From: Octopus sinensis
Taxonomy: Eukaryota
DNA: 64,000 bases
NCBI RefSeq assembly: GCF_006345805.1
Contig: NC_043001.1
Location: 98,084,001 to 98,148,000 of the forward strand
Direction of reading: 5' to 3'
Shown: positions 24,465 to 35,706 of the stretch, piece after piece
Layout: every line of letters begins with the position of its first letter
Numbering within the stretch: position 1 is the stretch's first letter
The notes under the pieces: generated by a model
Told to the model about the DNA's origin: nothing
The model's input: the letters and a program-made list of their open reading frames with translations, nothing else
Database searches by the model: none
Position numbers and translations under genes: made by a program

Positions 24465-24881
24465 GTTAGCAAGCTACTTACCACACAGCCACTCCTGCGA
24501 CATTGTTTGCAAATGTACATTTTTCATACGATTTTGTCCATACAAATGTCTGAAGTTACTGTAATATATAGAACGACAAAGACGAAGAAGGAGAGGCATA
24601 CAAATGCAAAATACGTGGATCGATCAACTGAAAGCTTAAAGGACTCAATATTGTAGACCAGTGAGAAATAAGAATATGACAAGGAGTACCAGACAGAAAC
24701 AAATCTAGAAAAGAACGTATGAATAAAATGACTTATGAATAACAGGAAACTTATCGGAGAAACTATGCACATGAGAAACAAAACGGGTACACGTTTAAAT
24801 GCCTTATCAGAGTGTACTTGACCAGAAATGTCATCAATGCAATGACCATAGAAATACATATAGAAAGTCATAAGAAAAATA

Positions 24882-25445
24882 TTGGGTTGTCCGGGAAATG
24901 CGTGCCGATTTTTAAAGGAAAGAAACAGGTCAATACAACTTGCCTTTACACCTTTTATCAACCAAATATGAACCATTTTGTTGCACAATGCGTTTCCATC
25001 TTTCCTTTAACTTGAAAATACCCCCTTCACAGATTTGCGGTGGTTTCAGGGCAAAGAATTCATCAAGGTATCTTTTTACGTCATCCAAGGAATTGAAATT
25101 TTTACCATTAAGACTATTCTGCAGAGACCTGAATAAGTGGAAATCCGAAGGAGCAATATCTGGCGTATATGGAGGATGGGGTAACACATCCCAACCGAGC
25201 TGCAGCAATTTTTGTCTGGTTCCCAAAGCATCAAGTGCCGAAAATGCACTTTCTTATCTTTCATTTTAAAGGGTTACAGAATTAACACAGGTTATAGGAA
25301 CACAAACCTTCTTCCACGAAAAATTGCTTAAAATGTGCTTGAAATGGAGATGTAGTAAAATCCTATTTTATGGACTCAACCCTGTTCTAAAATAAGTCGA
25401 AAGGCAAGCTACTATAAACCGGCACGAACTTTCCGGATAACCCAA
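24882..25445 (-). mobile_element. Internally deleted mariner transposon (564 bp)
   Basis: TIRs TTGGGTTGTCCGGGAAATGCGTGCCGATTT (from 24882, preceded by TA) and AAACCGGCACGAACTTTCCGGATAACCCAA (to 25445). N-terminus MKDKKVHFRHLMLW (25264) is joined to C-terminus TRQKLLQLGWDVLPHPPYTPDIAPSDFHLFRSL (mariner YSPDLAPSD motif). Confidence 0.92.
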
Positions 25446-25879
25446 GCCTTTTGGACGATGGTGTCAAAGACTCCAGCCTCGTAAAAGAAAGAGAACCCAG
25501 CTTGTTATCAATTCGATTCTGAATTCGATCAAGTAAGTTAAAGCACTATATGGATGTACCACCGTAAAGATGACAGAAGTATTCAATTCATGCTGGAAAT
25601 GGTGGCCTCCTATATGCAAAGGATATTCTAAAGTGTAAGTTTGAAAGGCAGACTAAAGACGAATACTTTCCACTTTAACCAAGTTTCACAAAAACAAAGT
25701 AAATGAGTGGGGAGCGCGATAACTTCTATTCACTCCTCCTCCCCCTCCACTTCATCCTCGTCCCCTTCATCATCATCCTCCTCCTCATCATCATCATCAC
25801 GTACATGCACAGTGTTTGTGTTAGTGATCACTTCGTTTTCTTTGATTTGTTTTTTGTTTTATGGGGAGACGCGTTTCGC

Positions 25880-26411
25880 TTAGCCTCATTCCCCTTCCTA
25901 TTCCTTTATAGTTTATGAGTTTATTCAGCGCCTATCAAAGGATTATGTCTGAACGAGCGAGCTATATATTCTTTAGTGTCACAAAGACAGTTCCCCTTGT
26001 TGTCCAAAAGTTATTTGGTAATATTTTGAAAACTGTAGCTTGGTTACTCTCTTATGACAAGAATTTTCCTATCTTACAGTTTCAAATTCTTTTTAAGACC
26101 CTTTGTAAATCCTGATATGTATCTTTCTTCTTCCTTCTATAATGATGTCGCGTTTGCAGGGATACATCTATTATCAGTTATTTTATCTTTCTATAATGTG
26201 ACAATATTCAGCTTTGAGTGTTATATTTCCTTGCCTGTCTAGATATTCATGTTCTATTATAAATTTGCATGGTCGCTTTCGACACCTTTCGTTGATCTAT
26301 GTTCGTATCACTTCCATAGCTATTCTACATTGTATGCTTTATACATGTCTGCATCTATAAAATATATAACTGAAGCAGTTTTCTCTAGTTTCCAAAAAAT
26401 TTCATTGTCTT
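25880..26411 (-). mobile_element. Possible highly degraded Penelope-like/LINE remnant
   Basis: Purine-rich minus strand with short fragments resembling PLE endonuclease (YISGFTKG; CLCDTKEYI); many stops. Confidence 0.3.
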
Positions 26412-27005
26412 TGTAGTGACGCTATACAGCGGCGCGCTCGCGCACCGTCCATTTGTATTTCGCGCGTGTTGGTGCCTTTACCAAGGCACAGAAAGGAGGG
26501 GCCCTCTCGCGCATGCGCGAACCACCGGAAGCGCGACCCTGGCCAAGGCAGGGGGATCGTAGAACGTTTGACCGCTGGCAGCAGCAGCGGCGACTTGGGA
26601 CAGCAGCGACCTAAGGAGCAGGACGTTAATATTTTCTCTCCATTCGAACTGACTCTAGCAGTCCTTACCAAAAGGCCTTTAACCTGGATTGTTGCAGACC
26701 AACATCGTCTCCATTGTTCGACGCCATCTTGAATCCGTTTCTGTTTTGGGCGGCTGAACATTGTAAATATTACAATCGATTAACTTTCAGCCTTGCGCGC
26801 CCAGAACCAAGGAAATCAGATAACACACTTATTGTTATTGTTACCAAGAAAGAGAATAAAGTAGTTATATGTATATTTTACGTCTGCGTCTTGTTGTTTC
26901 TGACTAGTAGAATTCTGGATTATTAAAGCAACGGCTAGTGAGTGATTGCTTTCTTGTACCCCGAAAGTACAAGACAAGATATTCACTCACACTAAGTTCG
27001 TTACA
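26412..27005 (+). mobile_element. Solo LTR (594 bp, Gypsy-like), 4-bp TSD TCTT
   Basis: Starts TGTAGTGAC and ends GTTACA (TGTA/TACA termini). TCTT at 26408-11 and 27006-09. AATAAA at 26855-60; GC-rich U3-like portion. Confidence 0.85.
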
Positions 27006-27042
27006 TCTTCATAAGGTTCTTACACAGATATTAAATGTACTG

Positions 27043-27400
27043 TGGAGGCGCAATGGCCGAGTGGTTAGGCCAGCGGACTCGCGCTCATAGGATTGCGGTG
27101 TCGGTCACCAGACCGGGCGTTGCGAGTGTTTATTCGGCGAAAACAGTTAAAGCTCGACCAGGCTCCGGCAGGGGGTCGTGGCGAATACTGCTATACTCTT
27201 TCAACAAGTTTCTCTCATTCTTTCTTCCTGTTTCTGTTGTACCTATATTTCTAAGGGCCAGCCTTGTCACACGCTGTGTCACGCTGAATCTCCACGAAAA
27301 CTACGTTAAGGGTACATGTCTCTGGAGTGATAAGCCACTTGCACAATAATTTCACGAGCTGGCTGCTCCGTTGATCGGATCAACTGAAACCAGCAGGGTG
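27043..27400 (+). mobile_element. tRNA-derived SINE family D; head fragment at 42651-42720, tails at about 48700-48845 and 51355-51485
   Basis: GGAGGCGCAATGGCCGAGTGGTTAGG head. The tail TGTCACGCTGAATCTCC..ACTACGTTAAG..CCGTTGATCGGATCAACTG recurs at the listed loci. Confidence 0.8.
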
Positions 27401-27634
27401 GTATCATATCGTATGCTCTACGATAGTCAGCTCATGCCATGCTAAGGTTTGTAAGACTTCTGTTACAGTTCCTGATAATTAAATTATCAATTAAGAGCGG
27501 ATCCTTCGTTTCCCGGCTCCTTTTCGGCACCCTTTCTGTTCAGTGGGTAATAGCCCACTTCTTTCTAAGTTAACCGGCCAAACCACTTGACAGTTCCCCC
27601 GCCAAAGCACCTGACATTATTATTATCATTATTA

Positions 27635-28188
27635 CTTCTTTTCTTCTTCTTTCAAATTTGCTTCCATTTCTTGCCGAGTGTCTTCCCGACTCCTAGGGCA
27701 AAGAAACTCATAGTATACAATGGTAGGCCATTAAACCAAAGTCAGTAGTTCGTTCATTTAAAAAATTTTTTTTTTTAAGTTAAATTAAAATACATGAGCA
27801 GCAACAGTTCTCACATCGACAATGCTCTTCTCAATACGTGTGATGTACCAGTTAAGACAATCTTTTGCACTTCTTGCACGGATGGTAAGACAGGGATCAT
27901 TCTCATATAATTTTCGGTTCCCTTCTTGATCATTCCTAGTGCTCCTACGATCACTGGTATTGTAACCGCCTTGAGATGCCACATTTTCTCAATTTCAATG
28001 AGTAGGTCTTTATATTTTCTGAGCTTGTCAAACTCTTTCGCTGAGATATTATGATCACAGGGGATGCTCATGTCGATCAATAAGCAAACTTTATTGTTTT
28101 GGTCTTTCACAACAATATCTGGTTTATTGGCCTTGATGGTTCGGTCTGTATGTAGTGGAAAGTCCCACAGAATGGTTACATTTTCTCC
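27635..28188 (-). mobile_element. 5'-truncated R4/Dong-type LINE (restriction-like endonuclease C-terminus plus 3' UTR) flanked by (TAA)n
   Basis: GENVTILWDFPLHTDRTIKANKPDIVVKDQNNKVCLLIDMSIP..KYKDL..PVIVGALG..VQKIVLTGTSHVLRRALSM* is a PD-(D/E)XK RLE of R2-superfamily LINEs. (TAA)n tracts at 27616-34 and 28189-28218. Confidence 0.85.
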
Positions 28189-28218
28189 TTATTATTATTA
28201 TTATTATTATTACTATTG

Positions 28219-28385
28219 GGGTGGCGAGCTGGTAGAATCGTTAGCATGTCGGAAAAAACGTTTAACAGCATTTCATCCGTCCTTACGTTCTGAGTCTACC
28301 GAGGTAGACGTTGCCTTTCATCGTATTGAATTCGATAAAATAAGGACGAGTTGAACACTGGTGTAGACGTAATTAACTTAACCAA
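28219..28385 (+). mobile_element. Degraded SINE family B
   Basis: GGTGGCGAGCTGGTAGAATCGTTAGCATG..TACGTTCTGAG..GTTGCCTTTCATC. Confidence 0.75.
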
Positions 28386-28399
28386 TTCACTGAACTTGC

Positions 28400-28980
28400 A
28401 TTCTACAATTTCAGTCACCCTTTTGGAATCTCTGGTACCGACAGTATTCTTTCTTCATTCTGTACAGCATAATGTTTCAGGCCTACTATTGCAATACTAA
28501 CTAAGTCTTCTTGGTTTTGTAATCCCCTATCATCTATCTTCCATTCTTGGTAGTCAGTCAATAATAATTTTAGGTTGTAATGCGTTGTGAATTGTGAATG
28601 GCTTTTTAGTTCTTCTATCCAAGTTCTGTAGCTCGACCTGTGTCCATTTCAGAAGGGGAACAGGGTATTTCACTAGTGATATAACCCATGTGTTTATAGC
28701 CTTAATGATATTCCTTCCACTTAATTTTGTTTCGAACATCTAAATTCACCTCTTGTACTCTTCAATGACATTTTCTCTCACTTTTCGTTCCATTGTCCTG
28801 TCATCTTTCAATATTCCTACACATTGTACCCTTCAATATTTCACAGGTTCTAATTATGTTGTCTTGCAATGGCAATTTATTGCTGTCAGAGTTTACCTTC
28901 CGCTTTCTCTTCCTAGTTATTACTATTCACTTATTTACTCCCAAATTACATTCCAATATTTTCATTGAACACGCTCACTG
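28400..28980 (-). mobile_element. Degraded R4/Dong-type LINE RT-thumb fragment
   Basis: ORF 28554-28739 KLSGRNIIKAINTWVISLVKY..WTQVELQNLDRRTKK resembles the R4/Dong KLN..N.IKAINTWA..Y....WT..EL..LDRKTRK motif. Confidence 0.7.
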
Positions 28981-30194
28981 ATTGTATGAAAAGATCCAGG
29001 GTCTAATCTTTTTATATACATGAAAGCCTTATAAAAAGCGGGTGATTTATGATCACCTTCGTTTTGGTAAGTGGTTTTGTTGACATACAAGGAGATATGT
29101 CTTCAGATGTTTTGTATCATATTAGTACGTGATATTCACGAGATACAATGTTATACTCATTATCACACGTTGAACTTATTTTGTTAAAAGAGTTATTTGG
29201 CTGTTGTTGGTAGTTAGTTGCGGTGATAGTCGCAAGACGGATTATGACAATAAAGCGCAGCTGTTTCGACACAGGGAATTTGGCGCAGCTTACTTGACAC
29301 TCGACCCCTTTTCACGTTGGAGGCATACACATAGACAACTGCGCACGCAGATGCAGTGATATATACTTACAGATAGAAAGAATGAACGATAGGGAATTAA
29401 ATGGGGTAAGTGATACATTAGCATTTACTAATTAAATGAGATAGGCATAAACACCACCTCTCACCTCATACGCATAAATAAAAATATGCTAACACACTTA
29501 AACACCGAGAGGAGAGAGAAAAGAAAAGGATAGACTGAAGCAGAAATATTAAAACGAGAGAAACAATAAAATGTCCGGTCTCTAAAAGGTCGGCGTCGGA
29601 TCACCAAACGTCCGAGTGAAAACATCTCATATGCTTATAGAGATGTATTCGAGCAGATGTCACAATCGATTTCGTTCCCGTCTTACTAAAACCTTTATGT
29701 CCAAGCAAAATCTAAATTGAACTATATTATCCAGAATGTTATTTATTATGTTTGAGACAAAAAAGTGGAGGTATTTTTCATGGAAATATAACAAACCGTT
29801 TCTACTATATTAAGCAGCTAACAGGGTAATTCTCGCTATGCACCATTTTGCAGATAATCAAATTGAAGACAGAAAAGAAAAATCTCGAATAATTAACAAT
29901 AACAGATTTCAGGGACGATAGAAGGAAATATTTATTGTTGTTGTTGCAGATGGGTTAGAGGCAATGAAGCTAATGCGCTGATGTTTATCTCATTGACCCA
30001 ATAAGGCTGAAAACACAAAGCTGTGTTTGCAGCAGATAAATTCAGCTCGTAAAAGGCCTAATAATGTAGCTGAAAGACTATGCGACATTTTTTTCTTGAA
30101 GGGGATTCTTAGTGTTTTCTTTCATTTTATTTCTAAGCTCTTTTATGAACTCCATTATATATATACATACATACATACATATATATATATATAT

Positions 30195-30261
<67 letters not shown>

Positions 30262-30264
<3 letters not shown>

Positions 30265-30459
30265 TATATCACGTGTGTATCGTTGGCGATTTTTTTCCTC
30301 TGTCTTCCCTTCTCTGGATCTTTTCTTCTCCTATGTTTCCGACGAAGAGCTCCGCTCGAAACGTTAAACCCTCCTTCTTCCTTCTTTCCTGAGTGTCCAT
30401 TAAAAATATTTGTTCCACGTCAGCGTTGTTGTGGTTTTTTTGTGCTTTCTTGTTTGGAT

Positions 30460-30462
<3 letters not shown>
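30262..30462 (+). mobile_element. About 200-bp (TA)n-flanked short element with hammerhead motif (PLE pLTR-like)
   Basis: (TA)n on both sides; homologous fragment at 4940-5042; hammerhead motif at 30335-30369. Confidence 0.7.
30335..30369 (+). ncRNA. Minimal type I hammerhead ribozyme motif (core CCGACGA)
   Basis: GTTT CCGACGA A GAGC TCC GCTC GAAAC GTT AAAC: helix I GUUU/AAAC, helix II GAGC/GCUC, palindromic AACGUU in place of helix III. Confidence 0.65.
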
Positions 30463-30496
<34 letters not shown>

Positions 30497-30536
30497 CATA
30501 TATATACACCGGAGAAAGTGTGAGAGGAAAACTAAG

Positions 30537-30592
<56 letters not shown>

Positions 30593-30634
30593 ATGTATAT
30601 ATGTATGTATGTATATATTTATATGTATATATAT

Positions 30635-30677
<43 letters not shown>

Positions 30678-30692
30678 TACATACATTATATA

Positions 30693-30773
<81 letters not shown>

Positions 30774-30911
30774 TATATACATATATATATATATATACAC
30801 ACACATATATATATATACATATACATATATATATACATATACAGACATATATACATATACCATATATATATATAATAATATATATATATATATATATAAT
30901 ATATATATAAT

Positions 30912-31065
30912 ATGACTTAATTTTCCTCTCACACCGTCTTCGATGAAGGGATTATTAATTAATATTCTAGACACAGCTGTAAGACCTTCTATCTATAAAT
31001 GCTCTAAAAACAACACAGCGTTGGGTTTTTTTTATATTATTACGCAAAAACTTCTCATATATATA
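30912..31065 (+). mobile_element. (TA)n-flanked pLTR-like element with decayed hammerhead (30936-30985); inverted partial copy at 30507-30540
   Basis: GTCT TCGATGA A GGG..GACAC AGCT GT A AGAC (helix I GUCU/AGAC, palindrome ACAGCUGU, GAAA decayed). A 23-bp inverted match links 30518-40 and 30912-34. Confidence 0.55.
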
Positions 31066-31723
31066 TATAGCATCAGTAATTAATAATATAAAGAATACTT
31101 GGTCAAGATATATTTTCGCAAAATACCCAGTCTACATTAACCGAAACTAAAGTTAACAATATTCATGGTGTTACAGCTATTTCGTCTGAGATTTGGCAAT
31201 ACAACTGGTTTTATATGTATGGACCTATGTATTTGTGTATGTACATATATACATACATATCTTTATATATAATATATTATATATTATATATGTGTGTGTG
31301 TGTTTTACATATATATGTGCTATACTTCTATTTACATAGATATTTATGTCTAATTTCATACAATGTATTATTTGGTTTCAATTTATTCAGTGAAATCTGG
31401 TGAATTCATAATAGGAGAGAGAAGAGGCTGATTGGATAATAATAGCAATGTCCACAAGTAAAAGGGGAGATAATTAGGTAATTACGAGATAATACCGTGC
31501 ATTGGAGAGTGGTTCAATCCTATTATTACCCAAAATATCGACGCATTTCTGCATGCATATATATATATATATATATGTGTGTATGTGTGTGTGTTTGTGT
31601 GTATGTGTGTGTGTGTGAGTGTGTACATATATATATACATAAGTGCGCTTATGCGTAGTTGAATTATATACCTACATGAGTATGTGCGACAATATATGTA
31701 TGTATGCGTACATATATAATATA

Positions 31724-31780
<57 letters not shown>

Positions 31781-32181
31781 ATGTGTGCGTGCACATGTAT
31801 ATATACATATATATATATATATAAACATAAATATGTATATATGTATATATAGATATTTATGTATATATATATACATATACATATATATATATCTATATGC
31901 ATAGATCTCTCTATATATGCATAGCTATATATATATATATGTATATATATAGGTATGCATACCTATATATATGTATATTCATATATATTTGTACATATGT
32001 GTGGTGTGTGTATGTGTGGTCGTGATAGAGAGATAGAGAGAAGGTAAGCATGTCAATATGTGTTAATGTGTGCGTCTATCTTAAGAAAGAGAAAGGAATT
32101 AATTATATATCTATATATATACATACATATCAAATATATATATAACTACATATATATATATATATATATATAATATATATA

Positions 32182-32214
<33 letters not shown>

Positions 32215-32216
32215 AG

Positions 32217-32477
32217 TAAAGTAAAGACCCCCTTCGGTCATGAATGACCATGGGATTGCACCTAGAAGTTACCCTCCTAGACACAAGTCCGGCCAAGGTT
32301 GTGTATGGAAGACCAGCAGTCGCCCATGCATACCAGCCTCCCCTCTCCACGCCACCAGTTTTATCCAAGGAAAGACAAAGGTCGATACAGCTTGGCACCA
32401 AGTGACGTCGCAACTCATTTCTACAGCTGAGTGAACTGGAGCAACGTGTGAAATAAATTGCCTGCTCAAGAACACAA
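32217..32477 (-). mobile_element. SINE family C body and tail
   Basis: Minus strand TTGTGTTCTTGAGCAGGCAATTTATTTCACACGTTGCTCCAGTTCACTCAGCTG continues the family C head seen at 1225 and 6459; ends in TTTACTTTACTT. Confidence 0.75.
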
Positions 32478-32572
32478 AATATATATATATATAATATATA
32501 TATATATATAATATATATATATATTATACATATACATATACATATAGATATACATATATATACTTATTCACA

Positions 32573-32612
<40 letters not shown>

Positions 32613-32910
32613 TCTAAGCTACTCATTATCTTGGGGCACCGCCTTGAAAATTTTTAGTCGAGAATGCCTGGTACATATTCTCTATCAGTCTTTTTAGCCC
32701 CACCCCTGCTTCCTTGAGGGGGACATATACACAAAAGCGTCGATTGCCAAGCGAGGTAACAAACATAAACACACACGAAAATGTGTGCTTATATATATAC
32801 GAACAAACCTGGTCACAGAACTTTGGTTGTCCCTAGGCAACAATGTATAATGTCGGACTGAACCCGGAACCATGTAGTTGGGAATCAAATTGCTGCTCAA
32901 AAACGCACAC
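32613..32910 (-). mobile_element. Degraded SINE family A
   Basis: GGAGCACCGCC-like, TTTAGTCGAG and GGACTGAACCCGGAACCATGTAGTTG motifs. Confidence 0.7.
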
Positions 32911-32979
32911 CTGCATTTATTCTTTTATTACACACACACACACATATATATATATGTATATATATATATATAATATATA

Positions 32980-33063
<84 letters not shown>

Positions 33064-33670
33064 CACATACATATATACACATGTATAAACACATATATAT
33101 ACATACATATATATATACATACACATGTATACACATGCGTATACATACGCATATGCATGCATACATATATACCTACATATATACACACATATATATATAT
33201 ATATATATATACATAATATATATAAATTATATATATATACATATATATATATATACATATATATACATATATATACACATATATATATACATATATATAC
33301 ATATATATACACACATATATATATATATATATATACATATATATATGTATATATACATACATACATGCACAGAAACACCCAAATACACACACATATTATT
33401 TGTGTTATATAAACACACAAGTTATTAATTAATCTGCATAATAATATACATAGGCGCTTGATGCTTGGATAGTTATACATAATTACAGATTTATTACGCA
33501 AAGAAAGAGAGAGATGAAGTCATACAAACACGTACATTCCACAACATAAATACATTCATGCCTACATATACAATGTTTTACATTTATGTGTGTGTGTCTG
33601 TGTGATGTGTGTGCATATGTGTGAGCGTGTGCATTTATGTAGGCGTTCATGTGCGACTGTGTGTACATAT

Positions 33671-33702
<32 letters not shown>

Positions 33703-33929
33703 TGCGCTGCATTTTATTTCATAGAATCGGCTTGTTTTAAGTTATGTATAGAGGGACATCTTTATGTATATTATCAATTTAACTTACGGGTATATATTCG
33801 GATATAAAACCATACACATTCGCAATATATTTAAAATCAAAAATACGTATACATCTGCATTTAATATAACTATTTCTGTGGCAATATTTCTATAAATGTA
33901 TATGCTTGTGTCTGTGATGGGGACACGAA

Positions 33930-34005
<76 letters not shown>

Positions 34006-34146
34006 TGTGTGTGTGTGTGCGTATTATATATATATATATAAACACATATATTGTTGTATATATACCACAAATATATTTATATATATATATATACATATAT
34101 ATTATTGCATATATACCACAAATATATATATATATATATGTATGTG

Positions 34147-34198
<52 letters not shown>

Positions 34199-34518
34199 TG
34201 TATGAGTGTGTGTGCGTTCGTTCGTGTGTATCGACTCGCTCGTAAAGTAAGTCGGTAAGCTGATAAATGTCTGAATATAGAAACATATACATATATGTTT
34301 GTGTGTGTATGTGTGTTTGTGTGTATGTTTGCATGTAAGCATGTATATATAGTGATGTATATATTTAGGTGAAAATATTCTGGTAATTGATGCTTCGAAA
34401 CATAACAGTGTATTCCAAGACAATAATATATGTACTCTATGTATGTATGTATGTATGTATGTATGTATGTATGTATGTTGGTAGGTAGGTATGTAGGTGT
34501 GTATATGTGTGTGTATTT

Positions 34519-34554
<36 letters not shown>

Positions 34555-35191
34555 CCATGTACATTCTTATATACACATGTACAGACACGTATATATATAT
34601 ATTCACATTTGAAATACACTCTTATTTAAGTTATGTTTACAATGTCTATGTGCAAGTATCTATATCCGACAGTGTATAATATTATATTAGTATACTTGTA
34701 AATATGTATGTGCCTTTTTGTCGATATTAACGTGTGTATTTCTATATGTGGATGTATATTTGCCAAGACTGGCAATATACATGGTTTTAACAAAAACTAT
34801 CAAAAAATTTGAAATAAATATATGCTTGCACTTGATATTTTCAGCATTTTCCATTTTATAATTTCTCTGTTTTCTATTAGGCTGCAGGCGTTTGAATCTA
34901 GCGCAAATTTTTGATTGCTAATTGGGAAATAATGTTCTCTTCTACATGAAAAAATAATCGCTTAATAAAAAGCAATTTTGTAATAGGTGTATTTATATAA
35001 TTTTGGTATTTTTTACATTGTTTTATACGCTGTAGTTAGGTTTAAATAGCCTAATGTAGATATAACTCTGCTATATTCTCATCATTGTCGCATGCATCTA
35101 GTATGTGTAATTTTGTGTATGCAAATATTAATTGGAGAATGTATACATACATAAAAACAGACAAATATGCACATATACAAACACGTACATG

Positions 35192-35229
<38 letters not shown>

Positions 35230-35670
35230 GTCTTCTCCATTATATCTAAGTTGATATATTTCTATTTCATACTCATATGTAATTATCATTGTATTTACTT
35301 ATGGGTATTGTGTATGTATGTATTTATGTGTGCGCGTGTGTGTTGTGTTTGTGTGTCTGTGCGCGTGCACGCGTGTCTATATACACTTACATAACAAATT
35401 CCTGCTCCGGTTAAGCTAAGAATATAACGCATTTTTTGGATGTCATATGCATGGTGGAAAGACGGAAGTAAGTCTTCTGCCTGAGTGTTTCAAGGATTAA
35501 ATGTCACTCTTTCGAGAAAATATGGCACAGTTTTATCCACAAACAACGCAACTCAGATACTATATAAAGCAGGCCCAAATTTGGCCAGCACATTAATGTA
35601 CTAAATTTCTTAAATGTTCTCTTCACTGCTGGTCAGCAATTAAATATTGATTACTTTATGTACAACACAG

Positions 35671-35706
35671 GCGCAGGTGTGGCTGTGTGGTAAGTAGCTT
35701 GCTAAC
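35671..35706 (+). mobile_element. SINE family A head, interrupted at the same position as the 22-24 kb copy
   Basis: GCGCAGGTGTGGCTGTGTGGTAAGTAGCTTGCTAAC followed immediately by non-SINE sequence. Confidence 0.9.

Larger units (their letters stand above)
30130..34620. repeat. Very dense compound (TA)n/(CA)n/(TACA)n microsatellite tract with embedded short elements
   Basis: Direct reading; accounts for dozens of spurious YIYI ORFs in the track. Confidence 0.95.

Noticed and set aside
25735-25800. Acidic D/E-rich coding stretch on the minus strand
   Set aside because: A (CAT)n/(CCT)n simple repeat ending in a stop, without splice context.
26669-26727. Apparent first coding exon of a host gene (MASNNGDDVGLQQSRLKAF plus GTAAGG donor) in a CpG island
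   Set aside because: It lies wholly inside a TG..CA element with a 4-bp TSD (solo LTR), and no matching downstream exon was found. Kept only as an exaptation hypothesis.
26402-26926. ORFs 26402-26761, 26466-26732 and 26714-26926
   Set aside because: Chance ORFs in GC-rich LTR sequence with no recognisable domain.
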